A stretch of DNA of 53,446 nt from Polaromonas sp. (GTDB lineage Bacteria > Pseudomonadota > Gammaproteobacteria > Burkholderiales > Burkholderiaceae_C), in assembly GCA_031365885.1 (NCBI GenBank), contig JANLYY010000088.1, positions 1 to 53,446 on the forward strand, written 5' to 3'. Every line of letters begins with the position of its first letter. Position 1 is the stretch's first letter. The position numbers and the translations under genes are program-made. Shown piece after piece: positions 31,449 to 40,287 of this stretch. A model generated the notes under the pieces. It was not told the origin of the DNA, made no database searches, and was given only the letters and a program-made list of their open reading frames with translations.

Positions 31449-31715
31449 ATGAAAACGGATCAAGCACTCATCCGCACCCAAATTTACCTGACGCAAGCGC
31501 AGCAAAAACGCTTGGCGCTCGCTTCGCGCGGCGCGGCTGTGACCAAGAGCGAACTGATTCGCCGCGCCGTTGACCAGTTTATCGACCGGCAACCGGCCGC
31601 CAATCCCGCAGGCAAGGCGCAGCGCCTTAGCAGCATTGCAGGCCTGTGGGCCGGGCGTGAAGATATGGCTGACCCGTCCGCCTACGTGCGGCAGCTTCGC
31701 GCCCCGCGCTTTTGA
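31449..31715 (+). CDS. CopG/ribbon-helix-helix antitoxin
   Basis: RTQIYLT...KSELIRRAVD; TGATG coupling to the PIN toxin gene. Confidence 0.85.
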   Translation: MKTDQALIRTQIYLTQAQQKRLALASRGAAVTKSELIRRAVDQFIDRQPAANPAGKAQRLSSIAGLWAGREDMADPSAYVRQLRAPRF

Positions 31716-32122
31716 TGGCAGGCGCAACCGTCGCCGCCAGCGGTGTGATGGTGGACTCAGACGTTCTGATCTGGACGCTGCGCGGCCACACCGTCGCAGT
31801 TGCCCAAATGGAGGGTTTGGCTGACTGGCACATTTCAGCCGTGTCGAACATGGAACTGGCGCAAGGCTGTCGCAACAAGGCCGAGCTGAAAGCGATGCAA
31901 AAGGCTTTCAAGCCAGAAGGCAACGACGTGCTGCCCATCACCCAAAGCATTAGCGACATGGCGTGCAACCTGGTTGAAAAATACGCCTTGTCGCACAGCC
32001 TGCACATGGCCGATGCGCTGATCGCCGCCACTGCCCTCGGTCATTCGCTGCCGCTGCTAATAGCGAACGCCAAACACTTTTCCGCGGTGGCGGGTTTGAG
32101 GGTTCAGGTTTTCAGGCCTTGA
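31715..32122 (+). CDS. vapC: PIN-domain (VapC) toxin
   Basis: VDSDVLI, SNMEL, ADALIAATA, NAKHF. Confidence 0.9.
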   Translation: MAGATVAASGVMVDSDVLIWTLRGHTVAVAQMEGLADWHISAVSNMELAQGCRNKAELKAMQKAFKPEGNDVLPITQSISDMACNLVEKYALSHSLHMADALIAATALGHSLPLLIANAKHFSAVAGLRVQVFRP

Positions 32123-32181
32123 AGGCTGCGGCGATCGGCTTCTGCCGCAGTTTTGCCGGTTTCTAGTACCAAACAAGGCTC

Positions 32182-32224
32182 TAGCCCAATGAATACCTGC
32201 GCAAACAGCTATTAAACCAGGAGC
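32182..32224 (+). repeat. 43-bp dispersed element, copy 10 (CAGGAG subtype)
   Basis: tagcccaatgaatacctgcgcaaacagctattaaaccaggagc. Confidence 0.9.
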
Positions 32225-32282
32225 AGATAGCGCTTGGGCCCGCCGAAAACACCCAACCTGTTCACCTCGGCCAGCGCACCTA

Positions 32283-32597
32283 TCAACTGCCAAACAGCTC
32301 CGAATGCGTACCGCAGCGAACAAAGTTGATCCAGTTTGCTTCAACTTGATAGATCAGCAGAAAGTCGCCGCCGATATGACATTCTTGGTGGTCAGCCCAG
32401 TCGCCTTTTAAGGAATGGTCGAGCCACTCGGGGCCCAGCGGCGCATCGTTTGCAATCAACAGCAGCATCGCCTCTTTGAGCCGCGTCATGTCATAGCGCC
32501 CTGAATGCGAAAGCCGCGTCCAGTCTTTCAAAAATGCCTTGGCATAGTCGGCAGCCAGCGGCAGCACCGCCCGCTTACTTGCCGCTGTTTTTTTCAA
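32283..32597 (-). CDS. yafQ: YafQ-family (RelE fold) toxin
   Basis: DHSLKGDW...ECHIGGDFLLIY...GTHSELF; start uncertain (TTG 32597). Confidence 0.9.
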   Translation of the reverse strand: MKKTAASKRAVLPLAADYAKAFLKDWTRLSHSGRYDMTRLKEAMLLLIANDAPLGPEWLDHSLKGDWADHQECHIGGDFLLIYQVEANWINFVRCGTHSELFGS

Positions 32598-32865
32598 GAT
32601 CGGCAAACATCTCGTCGCTTGATGCAAAGCGGCGTTGGCTGTCACGGCGGCTCGCCATCATGGCGCGCGATTCTTCCATCGCCGCCTGCGTCTCGGCGTT
32701 AGGCACCTTCAGCTCGAGCGGAAAGGCCTGATCGACCACCACCCGACGCAAAAACAGCCGCACCGCGTCCGACACCGACAAACCCATCGTCGTCAGCGCC
32801 GCTGTCGCTTGTTCCTTGATGTCGTCATCGACCCGGATGTGAAGCATTGAAGTTTGCGCTGCCAT
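32575..32865 (-). CDS. dinJ: DinJ/RelB antitoxin
   Basis: HIRVDDDIK...MGLSVSDAVRLFL...PLELKVPNAET. Confidence 0.9.
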   Translation of the reverse strand: MAAQTSMLHIRVDDDIKEQATAALTTMGLSVSDAVRLFLRRVVVDQAFPLELKVPNAETQAAMEESRAMMASRRDSQRRFASSDEMFADLEKNSGK

Positions 32866-32898
32866 GGTTTGCCCCCGTGCAAGAAAACGCAATTATGT

Positions 32899-32912
32899 AT
32901 CTCATTTGAGAT
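32899..32912. promoter_or_regulatory. Palindromic operator upstream of dinJ
   Basis: atctca-tt-tgagat about 35 bp upstream of the start codon. Confidence 0.55.
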
Positions 32913-33080
32913 TTTTGCGAGATGATGGGCAGAGGCTGTAGCAAAAGAGTTGGAATCTGACCCAAATTTTTTCGCAATTTTTTCGTAGTTCGCTGATAAC
33001 CGCCGAAAAATAACTCCAAATGCGTTTCGCGTCGAAAGTATTGGAGTCTGACGCTCATTCCTCCCCCGACCCATCGGGTC

Positions 33081-34493
33081 CTACTCTGTCTCAGCGGGGG
33101 TGATGGTGCCCGGCAACTCGGCGAACTTTGTCGCCATCGTGGGGTTGCCCCGTGTGAGCTTCTTGATCGTCAGATCGTCGGCCTTGTCGTTCGCAAGTCG
33201 CAAATTGTTCGCTGACTTGTGCAGCGCTTCCTTGGTCTTTTCCAGATCCTTGATCGCATCGTCTATGCGCTTGATGGCTTCTTCAAAGCCTTCGGAGGCC
33301 AGGCGCCAATTGCGCCCAAACGCCCCCTTGAATTCCTCGAGCTGGGTTTCGAACTTCGTGATGTCCACGTTCTGCGAGCGCACCAGCGCCAGCTCGGACT
33401 TGTACTTCATCGAGTTCAAAGCGGCATTGCGCAGCAGCGTGATCAGGGGTACGAAGAACTGCGGCCGCACCACATACATCTTCGGATAGCGGTGCGATAC
33501 ATCGACGATGCCGCTGTTGTACAACTCGCTCGCCGGCTCAATCAGGGACACCAGCACCGCGTACTCGCACGCCTTTTCAGTGCGGTCCTTGTCCAGCTCT
33601 TTCAAAAAATCGTCGTTCCTCTTCTTGGTCGCCGTTTCATCGCTCTCGTTCTTCATCTCAAACATGATGGAGACGATCTCGGCGCCCGACTCGTCCGAGT
33701 CACGAAAAATGTAGTCGCCTTTGCTGCCGGTGCGGGCGTCGTTGTCTTTCTCAAAATGCGCCCGCTGAAAGGCGGCAGCACGGATGCGGTTGAACTCGAT
33801 TTCGCAGTGCTGCTCCAGGGTTTCACCGACCATCTTGGTCGACAAGCGCGCCTTCATATCCCGCAGGCGCTCAATCGCTCCATCACGCTCCTTGATCTGC
33901 ACCTCGTATTTTTCCTTGATGGCTTTTTCTTCCAGCTGATTTTTCACGGTGATGAGGATGAGGTCATTTTTGAACCCATCGCGCTCCCGGGCGACCACCC
34001 CCACGGCTTCATTCACGGCCAACTGGCGCGCCACGTCGCCGGCCTCCAGCTTGGCTTGCAGCGCCTGAATTTCGGCGTCCTTTTTTGCTGCAGCCCCTTG
34101 CAGCTCATGGGCCAACCTGGCCTCAGCCAATTGCGCGGCCGCTTGCTGCGCATTACGCGCTTGCTCCAGCTCGTTCGCCAGCCCATCACGCTCTTTGCTG
34201 ACCGCGCCTAAAGCCTCTGCCACCGCCAGCTTGCGGGCTACCTCACCGGCAGCGAGCTGGGCCTGCAAGGCCTGAATCTCAGCATCTTTGCACGCTGCAG
34301 CGCCTTGCAGCTCATTGGCGACCTTGGCTTCGGCCAAAGCAATCGCGTCTCGCTTTTCCCGCTCGGCCAGTTCCAGCCGCTCGTGCAACTGCTTATTAAA
34401 ATCGCCATCACGCACCTGCTTGAGGATGTTGGCGTACCCCGCTTCGTCGATCTTGAAGGCTTTGTTGCAGTGTGGGCAGATGATTTCATGCAT
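33081..34493 (-). CDS. DUF2130 domain coiled-coil protein
   Basis: MHEIICPHC zinc knuckle, coiled coil, [30 protein letters not shown]. Confidence 0.88.
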   Translation of the reverse strand: MHEIICPHCNKAFKIDEAGYANILKQVRDGDFNKQLHERLELAEREKRDAIALAEAKVANELQGAAACKDAEIQALQAQLAAGEVARKLAVAEALGAVSKERDGLANELEQARNAQQAAAQLAEARLAHELQGAAAKKDAEIQALQAKLEAGDVARQLAVNEAVGVVARERDGFKNDLILITVKNQLEEKAIKEKYEVQIKERDGAIERLRDMKARLSTKMVGETLEQHCEIEFNRIRAAAFQRAHFEKDNDARTGSKGDYIFRDSDESGAEIVSIMFEMKNESDETATKKRNDDFLKELDKDRTEKACEYAVLVSLIEPASELYNSGIVDVSHRYPKMYVVRPQFFVPLITLLRNAALNSMKYKSELALVRSQNVDITKFETQLEEFKGAFGRNWRLASEGFEEAIKRIDDAIKDLEKTKEALHKSANNLRLANDKADDLTIKKLTRGNPTMATKFAELPGTITPAETE

Positions 34494-34737
34494 GGCGACT
34501 GGGCCTCTTCTTGTTGGTTGGACGGGTAGCTGCCTGAGCATAGCGGCCCTTTTGGCGGGGCTGGCGCCCACTCATTGGGCGGCAACCCGGTGTCGATGAT
34601 GCGTTTTGCTGGATGGCGACACGATAGAGATTGGGTTGACTGCTTTGGACTCACTCAACGCTAGCGGAAGGATGAACGGGATCATCAGTCACGTAGAGGC
34701 GATGAAGGAGCGGATTCCCGTGCAGATCAGGGTTGAG

Positions 34738-34771
34738 AAGGGCGGCGGGATTGGGCATTCCCGCCGCCCTT
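34738..34771. terminator. Perfect 13-bp GC-rich hairpin, probable terminator
   Basis: aagggcggcggga-ttgggcat-tcccgccgccctt. Confidence 0.7.
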
Positions 34772-34890
34772 TATTCTGAACAAATTTCGGAGCGGTTAAG
34801 GTCAACGAAAGGGTCGCAGCGGACTGTGCTTGAGCCTGAAGTAGTTGTGAAAAATCCACTGAAACTTGTTTCGACTTTAAAAGAGTCGAC

Positions 34891-35109
34891 TTATTTCACG
34901 TATAGTGATTTGACATTTTTCATAATGAAGCTGTTCAGTCCGGAGCCGGCTACAGCGTAAGCCTTCATCTGTTCAATATTGGAACGACCAGCGCTTTCAT
35001 AAGACCATCTATAGACCTTGCCACCCTTGAATTCAATCGCTATTTCAGTCTGCTCGATTTGATATTGCGTAATCCCAGAACCACCACTGAGGTTTTTGTA
35101 GTTATTCAT
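34891..35109 (-). CDS. Small protein, possibly KTSC-like
   Basis: GGAGA RBS; YKNLSGGSGI..Y.I...I.IEFKGGKVYRW...GLNSFI; AT-rich codons. Confidence 0.7.
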   Translation of the reverse strand: MNNYKNLSGGSGITQYQIEQTEIAIEFKGGKVYRWSYESAGRSNIEQMKAYAVAGSGLNSFIMKNVKSLYVK

Positions 35110-35267
35110 TGAAATCTCCATAGTTAGTGAACAAAGAAAAAGGTGTCAGGCTAGGATTTTTTAGAGCAACTTTTGCGCATAAAAGTATTTAAGTGGATCC
35201 ATGTAAAGTGCTCCGTTGCAGTGATTTACTTCAGCAATTTTGTATACATAAGACCTAGTAGCGCAAC

Positions 35268-37367
35268 TCAATGAAGTGCTTCTATGAATTTGTCGCACTC
35301 GTCAATTACGTATTGTGGTACCAACTGAAAATCTCTTGGATCCAATTGATAAATGTAATTATTTTCGATATGAAATGCTTCATTGATAAATTTTCGAATC
35401 ACGTCAGAATCTATTTCCTTTAATCCATCAAAAATTATTCGATAAATGTGCAGTTTTTCATAGTTGTTTAAAGACGACAAGTACAAATTTTTCATTTTTG
35501 TTTTGTCGTTAACCAAATTCAGTGCGGTTTGATATTCAAAGTCACTTGCAATTATTTGAATTGACGAAAGACCAGATGCGATTTCGATATCCGTCATGCT
35601 TCGCTCATAGCCAGTTGCGTCATCTTTTCTAGTCGGTACGTCTCGTTTATGTAAGAGATTGGAGATCAGGTCATAGTCAAATGACTTGGAGTTCAGCACT
35701 TCTAGCAATCGCCGAATATAAACTAATCTATTGACAAGGTGAATATCTAGTCTTGCGTTTGCCTCATTTATTGCGATGAAAGTTTTTATATCCGCTTTTG
35801 AAATTATCTTTTCTTGCAATTCACCGTGATTGTTTTCTAGAAAATATGCGTAGGTTTTTTCAAAACGATCACTGTGCTGATTTAGCATATCAACGACCGG
35901 GTCCAAATCATGCGTTAGCAGCAGAACGGTTTTGCCGCGAAATGATCTAGGCTTTTGAAATAGCATTTCGATGATCGCGTATTTCTTATTTTTATCAAAA
36001 GATGATATTGGATCATCCAAAACAATTAAGTCAGAGCCGCGTTTTATAGCGTCATACATAAATAGCACCAGCGCAATCGCATTGCGCTCCCCGTAGCTGA
36101 GGTGTCCCTTTACATCAGTTAGTGCGGATTGTGCATCATTGTGAATCAGCTGAAGATTGTGTTGACCACTTTCATCGGCGAGTAGTGCCACCGTATATCT
36201 ATAGCCGGCGTTTCTTAGAAATTCATTTATTTCATTGCTGTATTCTTTAACAAGTTTGGCAATAAGAATATTTTGTTTTTTTATTTGACCTTGCAGTAAT
36301 CCTGCTTTGAGCTCCAACTCTTTCAGAACCTCATTGACTATGTTGACCTTTGACTTTGTACTGTCAGATGTCAAGTGGTTATAAAGATCAATGTCGATTT
36401 GGTGGGATTTTAGGCTTTCGACAACTTTTTCAACGTTCTTCAAAGAGAAGAATCCGAGATTCTTCGCTGCGTTGAATTTTTCGGAAAGCCTATCAATTTG
36501 TTCTTTTATTTCCTTAAGAAAAGCAATTTGGTCGTCGGTAAAGCCGTCAATATTTTTAACAAACGCATCAATCTTTAGTTTTGTTTCGTCTGAGAAGTAT
36601 TTATTTAATCGATCGAAAGTTGCGATGATCTTGCTCAAGCTTTCAATTGTTTTTGAGTCGTAAACTTCACCGACTTTTCGAATCGTATCTTTCTTCGTTT
36701 TTATGTCGCCGGTGCAATATGGGCAATCATCGGATATGTCAATATAACCTTTGCCATCAAGCTGCCACTTGATCCACTTAAAGTTTTCAGAATGTTGTAT
36801 GTAATGCTGATAGCCTTCTAGGCCATCCGGAATGTTTGTTACTTTGTTGCCGGTTTTAAATGCCTGAGATATTTTGCTGGAACCATGAATTCCAGACTTG
36901 GTGGGTTTGCCGAAGCTATTACTTATCTCGTTGAAATCCGAAATTAGTGAATCAATCTCCTTTTCATCAGAAAAGGTCACCTTCATTTTTTCTACCAAAT
37001 CTTCGATTTCTTTCATACCTGCTTGATACGTGGCATCACGAATGAAGATATCGAAACTGCTCTTTAGCAACTCGTTTGGTCTGAAAATAAATTCATTTAT
37101 ATATTCTTCATTGAACACTCTCACCGTCGAGGTTGTGCTGAGTCCAATGATTTCCGGTGACTTTCCCGTTATCCCTATATTTTTGAATGATCGCAAAGGT
37201 TCGAGTGCTTTTGCGACATCCTGGGGTAGGCTTGATGCTAATGAAATAGCCTTCGCTAGCGTGCTCTTGCCGGTTCCGTTGATTGCATATTTAATATTCA
37301 ATCGATTTTCTACAATTTCAACGCTTCCGTTATCGACGTTATTGCAGTTTTTAATTTCAATATTCAT
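35268..37367 (-). CDS. RloC/Rad50-like ABC ATPase with zinc hook and possible C-terminal HEPN-like region
   Basis: Walker A NGTGKST, VFNEEYI, central CPYC, signature LSYGERN, Walker B LDDPISSFD, LTHD, then RRLLE...SNLLH and RKFINEAFH; strongly AT-rich. Confidence 0.8.
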   Translation of the reverse strand: MNIEIKNCNNVDNGSVEIVENRLNIKYAINGTGKSTLAKAISLASSLPQDVAKALEPLRSFKNIGITGKSPEIIGLSTTSTVRVFNEEYINEFIFRPNELLKSSFDIFIRDATYQAGMKEIEDLVEKMKVTFSDEKEIDSLISDFNEISNSFGKPTKSGIHGSSKISQAFKTGNKVTNIPDGLEGYQHYIQHSENFKWIKWQLDGKGYIDISDDCPYCTGDIKTKKDTIRKVGEVYDSKTIESLSKIIATFDRLNKYFSDETKLKIDAFVKNIDGFTDDQIAFLKEIKEQIDRLSEKFNAAKNLGFFSLKNVEKVVESLKSHQIDIDLYNHLTSDSTKSKVNIVNEVLKELELKAGLLQGQIKKQNILIAKLVKEYSNEINEFLRNAGYRYTVALLADESGQHNLQLIHNDAQSALTDVKGHLSYGERNAIALVLFMYDAIKRGSDLIVLDDPISSFDKNKKYAIIEMLFQKPRSFRGKTVLLLTHDLDPVVDMLNQHSDRFEKTYAYFLENNHGELQEKIISKADIKTFIAINEANARLDIHLVNRLVYIRRLLEVLNSKSFDYDLISNLLHKRDVPTRKDDATGYERSMTDIEIASGLSSIQIIASDFEYQTALNLVNDKTKMKNLYLSSLNNYEKLHIYRIIFDGLKEIDSDVIRKFINEAFHIENNYIYQLDPRDFQLVPQYVIDECDKFIEALH

Positions 37368-37379
37368 GTGCTTCCCAAA

Positions 37380-39200
37380 TCAATGATGTTGTTGGGCGAA
37401 GGGAATGGAGAACGTGCCGCTTCCTCCCACCCCCATCACCAATCGCTGCGTAGCCCGAGTAGCAGCCACATAAAACACCCGCGCCGCTTCCTTCTCGTCC
37501 TCGCCCGGCGCAGGCATGTGTCCCACACCGGGTAGCACTACCACGGGGAATTCAAGGCCTTTGCTGACCTTCATGGTCATCACCTGAATGGCATCTGCGC
37601 TGGGCTGGTAGTCGCCGCTGCGTTTGCGCACGCGGTGCGGCAACTTGCGCTGGGCGAGCGCGTCGGCGCACAGGTCCATGGTTTTCCAGTCGGCGCACAA
37701 AATGGCCATGTCGCCCCAGGCGTGGCCTTCTTTGTGGGCACTAGTCAGGTGGTCGGCAATGGCGAAGGCTTCGTCGCGCAGGCTGGGGAGTTTGATGATG
37801 ATGGGCGCTTGACCATCCCGGCCGCAGCTGATGGGCTTGAGCAGGGGCACGCCGTCATCGTCTTTTTCATCGGCAGTCAGCAGGTCGGCGGCAATGAGGC
37901 TGGCAACTTGCAAGATCTGCCGGGTGTTGCGGTAGTTGATTTTCAGAATCGTGGTGCGGCCTGACGCCTGAATGCCTACGCTTTTAAAGCTGAAGTTCTT
38001 TTTGCGGGTGCGTTCGTAAATGCTTTGCGCATCGTCGTACAGCAGCAGCAGGCTATTGGTGGCTGGGTCCACCATCTGTGTCACCAGCTTCAGCCATTCA
38101 GGTGCAAAGTCGTGGCCTTCGTCGATCAGCACGGCCTGGTATTGACCGGACGGAATCTGTTTGCGGTCCACAGCGCGAATGACGTTGTCAACCATCTCGT
38201 CAAACATCTTCGCGCCTTGCTTTGGAATCGTCTGGCCATAGGTCACCAGTTGCTGGCGGCACCATTTGTGAAAGTTGCGAACATGTACTTGCTGGGCCAG
38301 ACCTTTCGCATGCATCACCGATTCAAGCTTCACGGCCAGCGGCTCGTTGTAGCAAAGAATCAAGATCGGTTTGGATGCGGGCGTGTTGGCCTTGGCCAGG
38401 TATTCGGCACGATAGCCGAGAATCATGGTTTTTCCGGAACCCGCCACACCGTGAATCACGCGGTGGCCGTCGCCCAGGCTACGGGCGAGTTGTTCTTGCT
38501 GCAAATCCATCACACGCATGATGCTCGGCAGTTCGGCTTCGGGGTCGCTGTCATCGAAAAGAGCGCCCTGCGGTTGAACCCGCACTTCCGGAAACAGAAT
38601 CCACCGCACACGCTCAAGCTGCGGCAGCGACATGACGCCGCTCATCATGTAGGGGAACATGCCCCACAGGCGGCTTTGCAGGTCTTCGGCATCTACCGAG
38701 TCATACATCTCGTCGCTGCAAATCACTTGGTTGGCCACGATCACCTGATCAAGCTGGCCCTCAGTGAATTGCTTGCGCGTCATGTTGGGAAACACCACGC
38801 CGTAGCTCCAGGGAAAACGCAAGCCGCCCTGGTACTTGCCATCGACGTGGATTAGCTGCGGGTCGCGCTTGAGGGCGTCAACCACAGCATGCGCGTACTG
38901 CCTGGCTTGTTCCGCAGGATTAGGTACCGTTTTGAGTTGACTGTCGATGAAGACCTGCCAGCTTTGCTTGTCGGCCTGCTGAATGGTCTTGGGGCTCCAG
39001 TCTTTCACCTCCAAAATTAGTAGCCCGCGCCGTGGGTGCATGACTACGAAGTCGGGATGCAAATGCCTTGGCCCGATAGGCACGTCATACCAAAGCAAAT
39101 AATCGTCATCAAGCTTTTGCTCCAGTCGCTCGGCGAGTCGCTTTTCCCCCGAAGTCATTCGAGAAATGCATGTATTGAAGGAAGGAATCAGAGTCGCCAC
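37380..39200 (-). CDS. NERD nuclease domain fused to a UvrD-like (SF1) helicase
   Basis: PDFVV...ILEVKDW (PD-(D/E)xK), GVAGSGKT, IDEGHD, YDDAQSIY, INYRNT, SKGLEF, YVAATRA. Confidence 0.92.
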   Translation of the reverse strand: MATLIPSFNTCISRMTSGEKRLAERLEQKLDDDYLLWYDVPIGPRHLHPDFVVMHPRRGLLILEVKDWSPKTIQQADKQSWQVFIDSQLKTVPNPAEQARQYAHAVVDALKRDPQLIHVDGKYQGGLRFPWSYGVVFPNMTRKQFTEGQLDQVIVANQVICSDEMYDSVDAEDLQSRLWGMFPYMMSGVMSLPQLERVRWILFPEVRVQPQGALFDDSDPEAELPSIMRVMDLQQEQLARSLGDGHRVIHGVAGSGKTMILGYRAEYLAKANTPASKPILILCYNEPLAVKLESVMHAKGLAQQVHVRNFHKWCRQQLVTYGQTIPKQGAKMFDEMVDNVIRAVDRKQIPSGQYQAVLIDEGHDFAPEWLKLVTQMVDPATNSLLLLYDDAQSIYERTRKKNFSFKSVGIQASGRTTILKINYRNTRQILQVASLIAADLLTADEKDDDGVPLLKPISCGRDGQAPIIIKLPSLRDEAFAIADHLTSAHKEGHAWGDMAILCADWKTMDLCADALAQRKLPHRVRKRSGDYQPSADAIQVMTMKVSKGLEFPVVVLPGVGHMPAPGEDEKEAARVFYVAATRATQRLVMGVGGSGTFSIPFAQQHH

Positions 39201-39233
39201 GGGGAGCCACCAAACTTGATGAAACTACATATC

Positions 39234-39356
39234 TCAATGACAGTGCTGGGTGCCAGCCTTGCGGTCATGATGGCAGCCGTTGGAATCAGTGCCGCCTGAG
39301 TGCGCCATGGCCAGGCTGGAAGCCAAAAATAGGGCGATTGCAATAATCTTTTTCAT
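39234..39356 (-). CDS. 40-aa secreted His/Cys-rich peptide (YHYH-like)
   Basis: MKKIIAIALFLASSLAMA-HSGGTDSNGCHHDRKAGTQHCH*; shorter than anything in the ORF track. Confidence 0.8.
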   Translation of the reverse strand: MKKIIAIALFLASSLAMAHSGGTDSNGCHHDRKAGTQHCH

Positions 39357-39461
39357 CGTTTCTTTCGTTGTCATTCCCACGAGCCGCGTGGTGGCGGTTA
39401 TCGACTTGAAACACCGCCGTCAAAAAGAACCAACGCGGCGTTGTCTTTAAATGCCGGTGGC

Positions 39462-39917
39462 TTATGGAGTTTTACTTCCCTTAAGCTTTGCAAACATTTC
39501 CGACATCAACTCGCTAGTGACCTGCTTGGCATCCTGAAACCCATGAAAAGCGGAGTTGTCCCAGCGCCCCATCGCCAGCAGATTTCCCGAAGCCGCATCA
39601 GACACATTGATCGTGATGGACTTCAAATACATGATCAGGTCCCAGCGCCATACGTCGGTGTAGGTGACGATGGCGTCGACTTCGGCGCTCTTGCGGGTCG
39701 ATGCGGGCAGGGCGGTTTTCGGCGTGACGCCTTGCGCCATCAGGGCGGCCTGCAGGTTGGTGTCCATGACGGCGGAGTTGCCGTCTTGCGGAACCAGTGC
39801 CGCTGTGGTGATCGGTTTGGCCGGCGCGGTTTGGGCCAGCGCGACGTTTTGGGAAGTGGCGCAGCCAGTGATCAAGGCGGAAAACAGGACGGCGGACAAG
39901 AGAAGCAAGCGGGTCAT
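39462..39917 (-). CDS. Putative lipoprotein
   Basis: MTRLLLLSAVLFSALITG-C lipobox; YTDVWRWDLIMYL. Confidence 0.8.
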   Translation of the reverse strand: MTRLLLLSAVLFSALITGCATSQNVALAQTAPAKPITTAALVPQDGNSAVMDTNLQAALMAQGVTPKTALPASTRKSAEVDAIVTYTDVWRWDLIMYLKSITINVSDAASGNLLAMGRWDNSAFHGFQDAKQVTSELMSEMFAKLKGSKTP

Positions 39918-40199
39918 GAATAGTTCGTTTTTAAACTGATAAAGTTGAATGAAAATTGGCGAGTCAGTCTGAAAATTCCGAAAGTTATTGAAATTATTCA
40001 AAAACTGTCACCAAATGCATCTTGCAGCAGATATGTAGGCAGCGCCCAACGGAACAGGTCACATCCCGGACTTCCTTCACGAATCCAGCACGTGAATACT
40101 CTCCAAAAAAGTTCTGGTCGTTGCGCGGGCAATCAGTTGGGGCTGATATACCGTGGGTAGTCCACTGACGTCAGCCCCCGCAACGCAAGGCCATGTTTT

Positions 40200-40242
40200 G
40201 CTATGTATTAAATAGCAATTGATGCAATGAATTCGGCGGGTA
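40200..40242 (-). repeat. 43-bp dispersed element, copy 11 (degenerate)
   Basis: Minus strand tacccgccgaattcattgcatcaattgctatttaatacatagc; same length, right box intact. Confidence 0.55.
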
Positions 40243-40287
40243 ACATGCGGTTCATCACATCACCAAGCTCGAAAGAAAGACAACAAC

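Noticed and set aside
29857-32224. CRISPR array made of the 43-bp repeats
   Set aside because: Intervals are hundreds of bp and contain genes, the repeats are too variable, and no cas genes are present.
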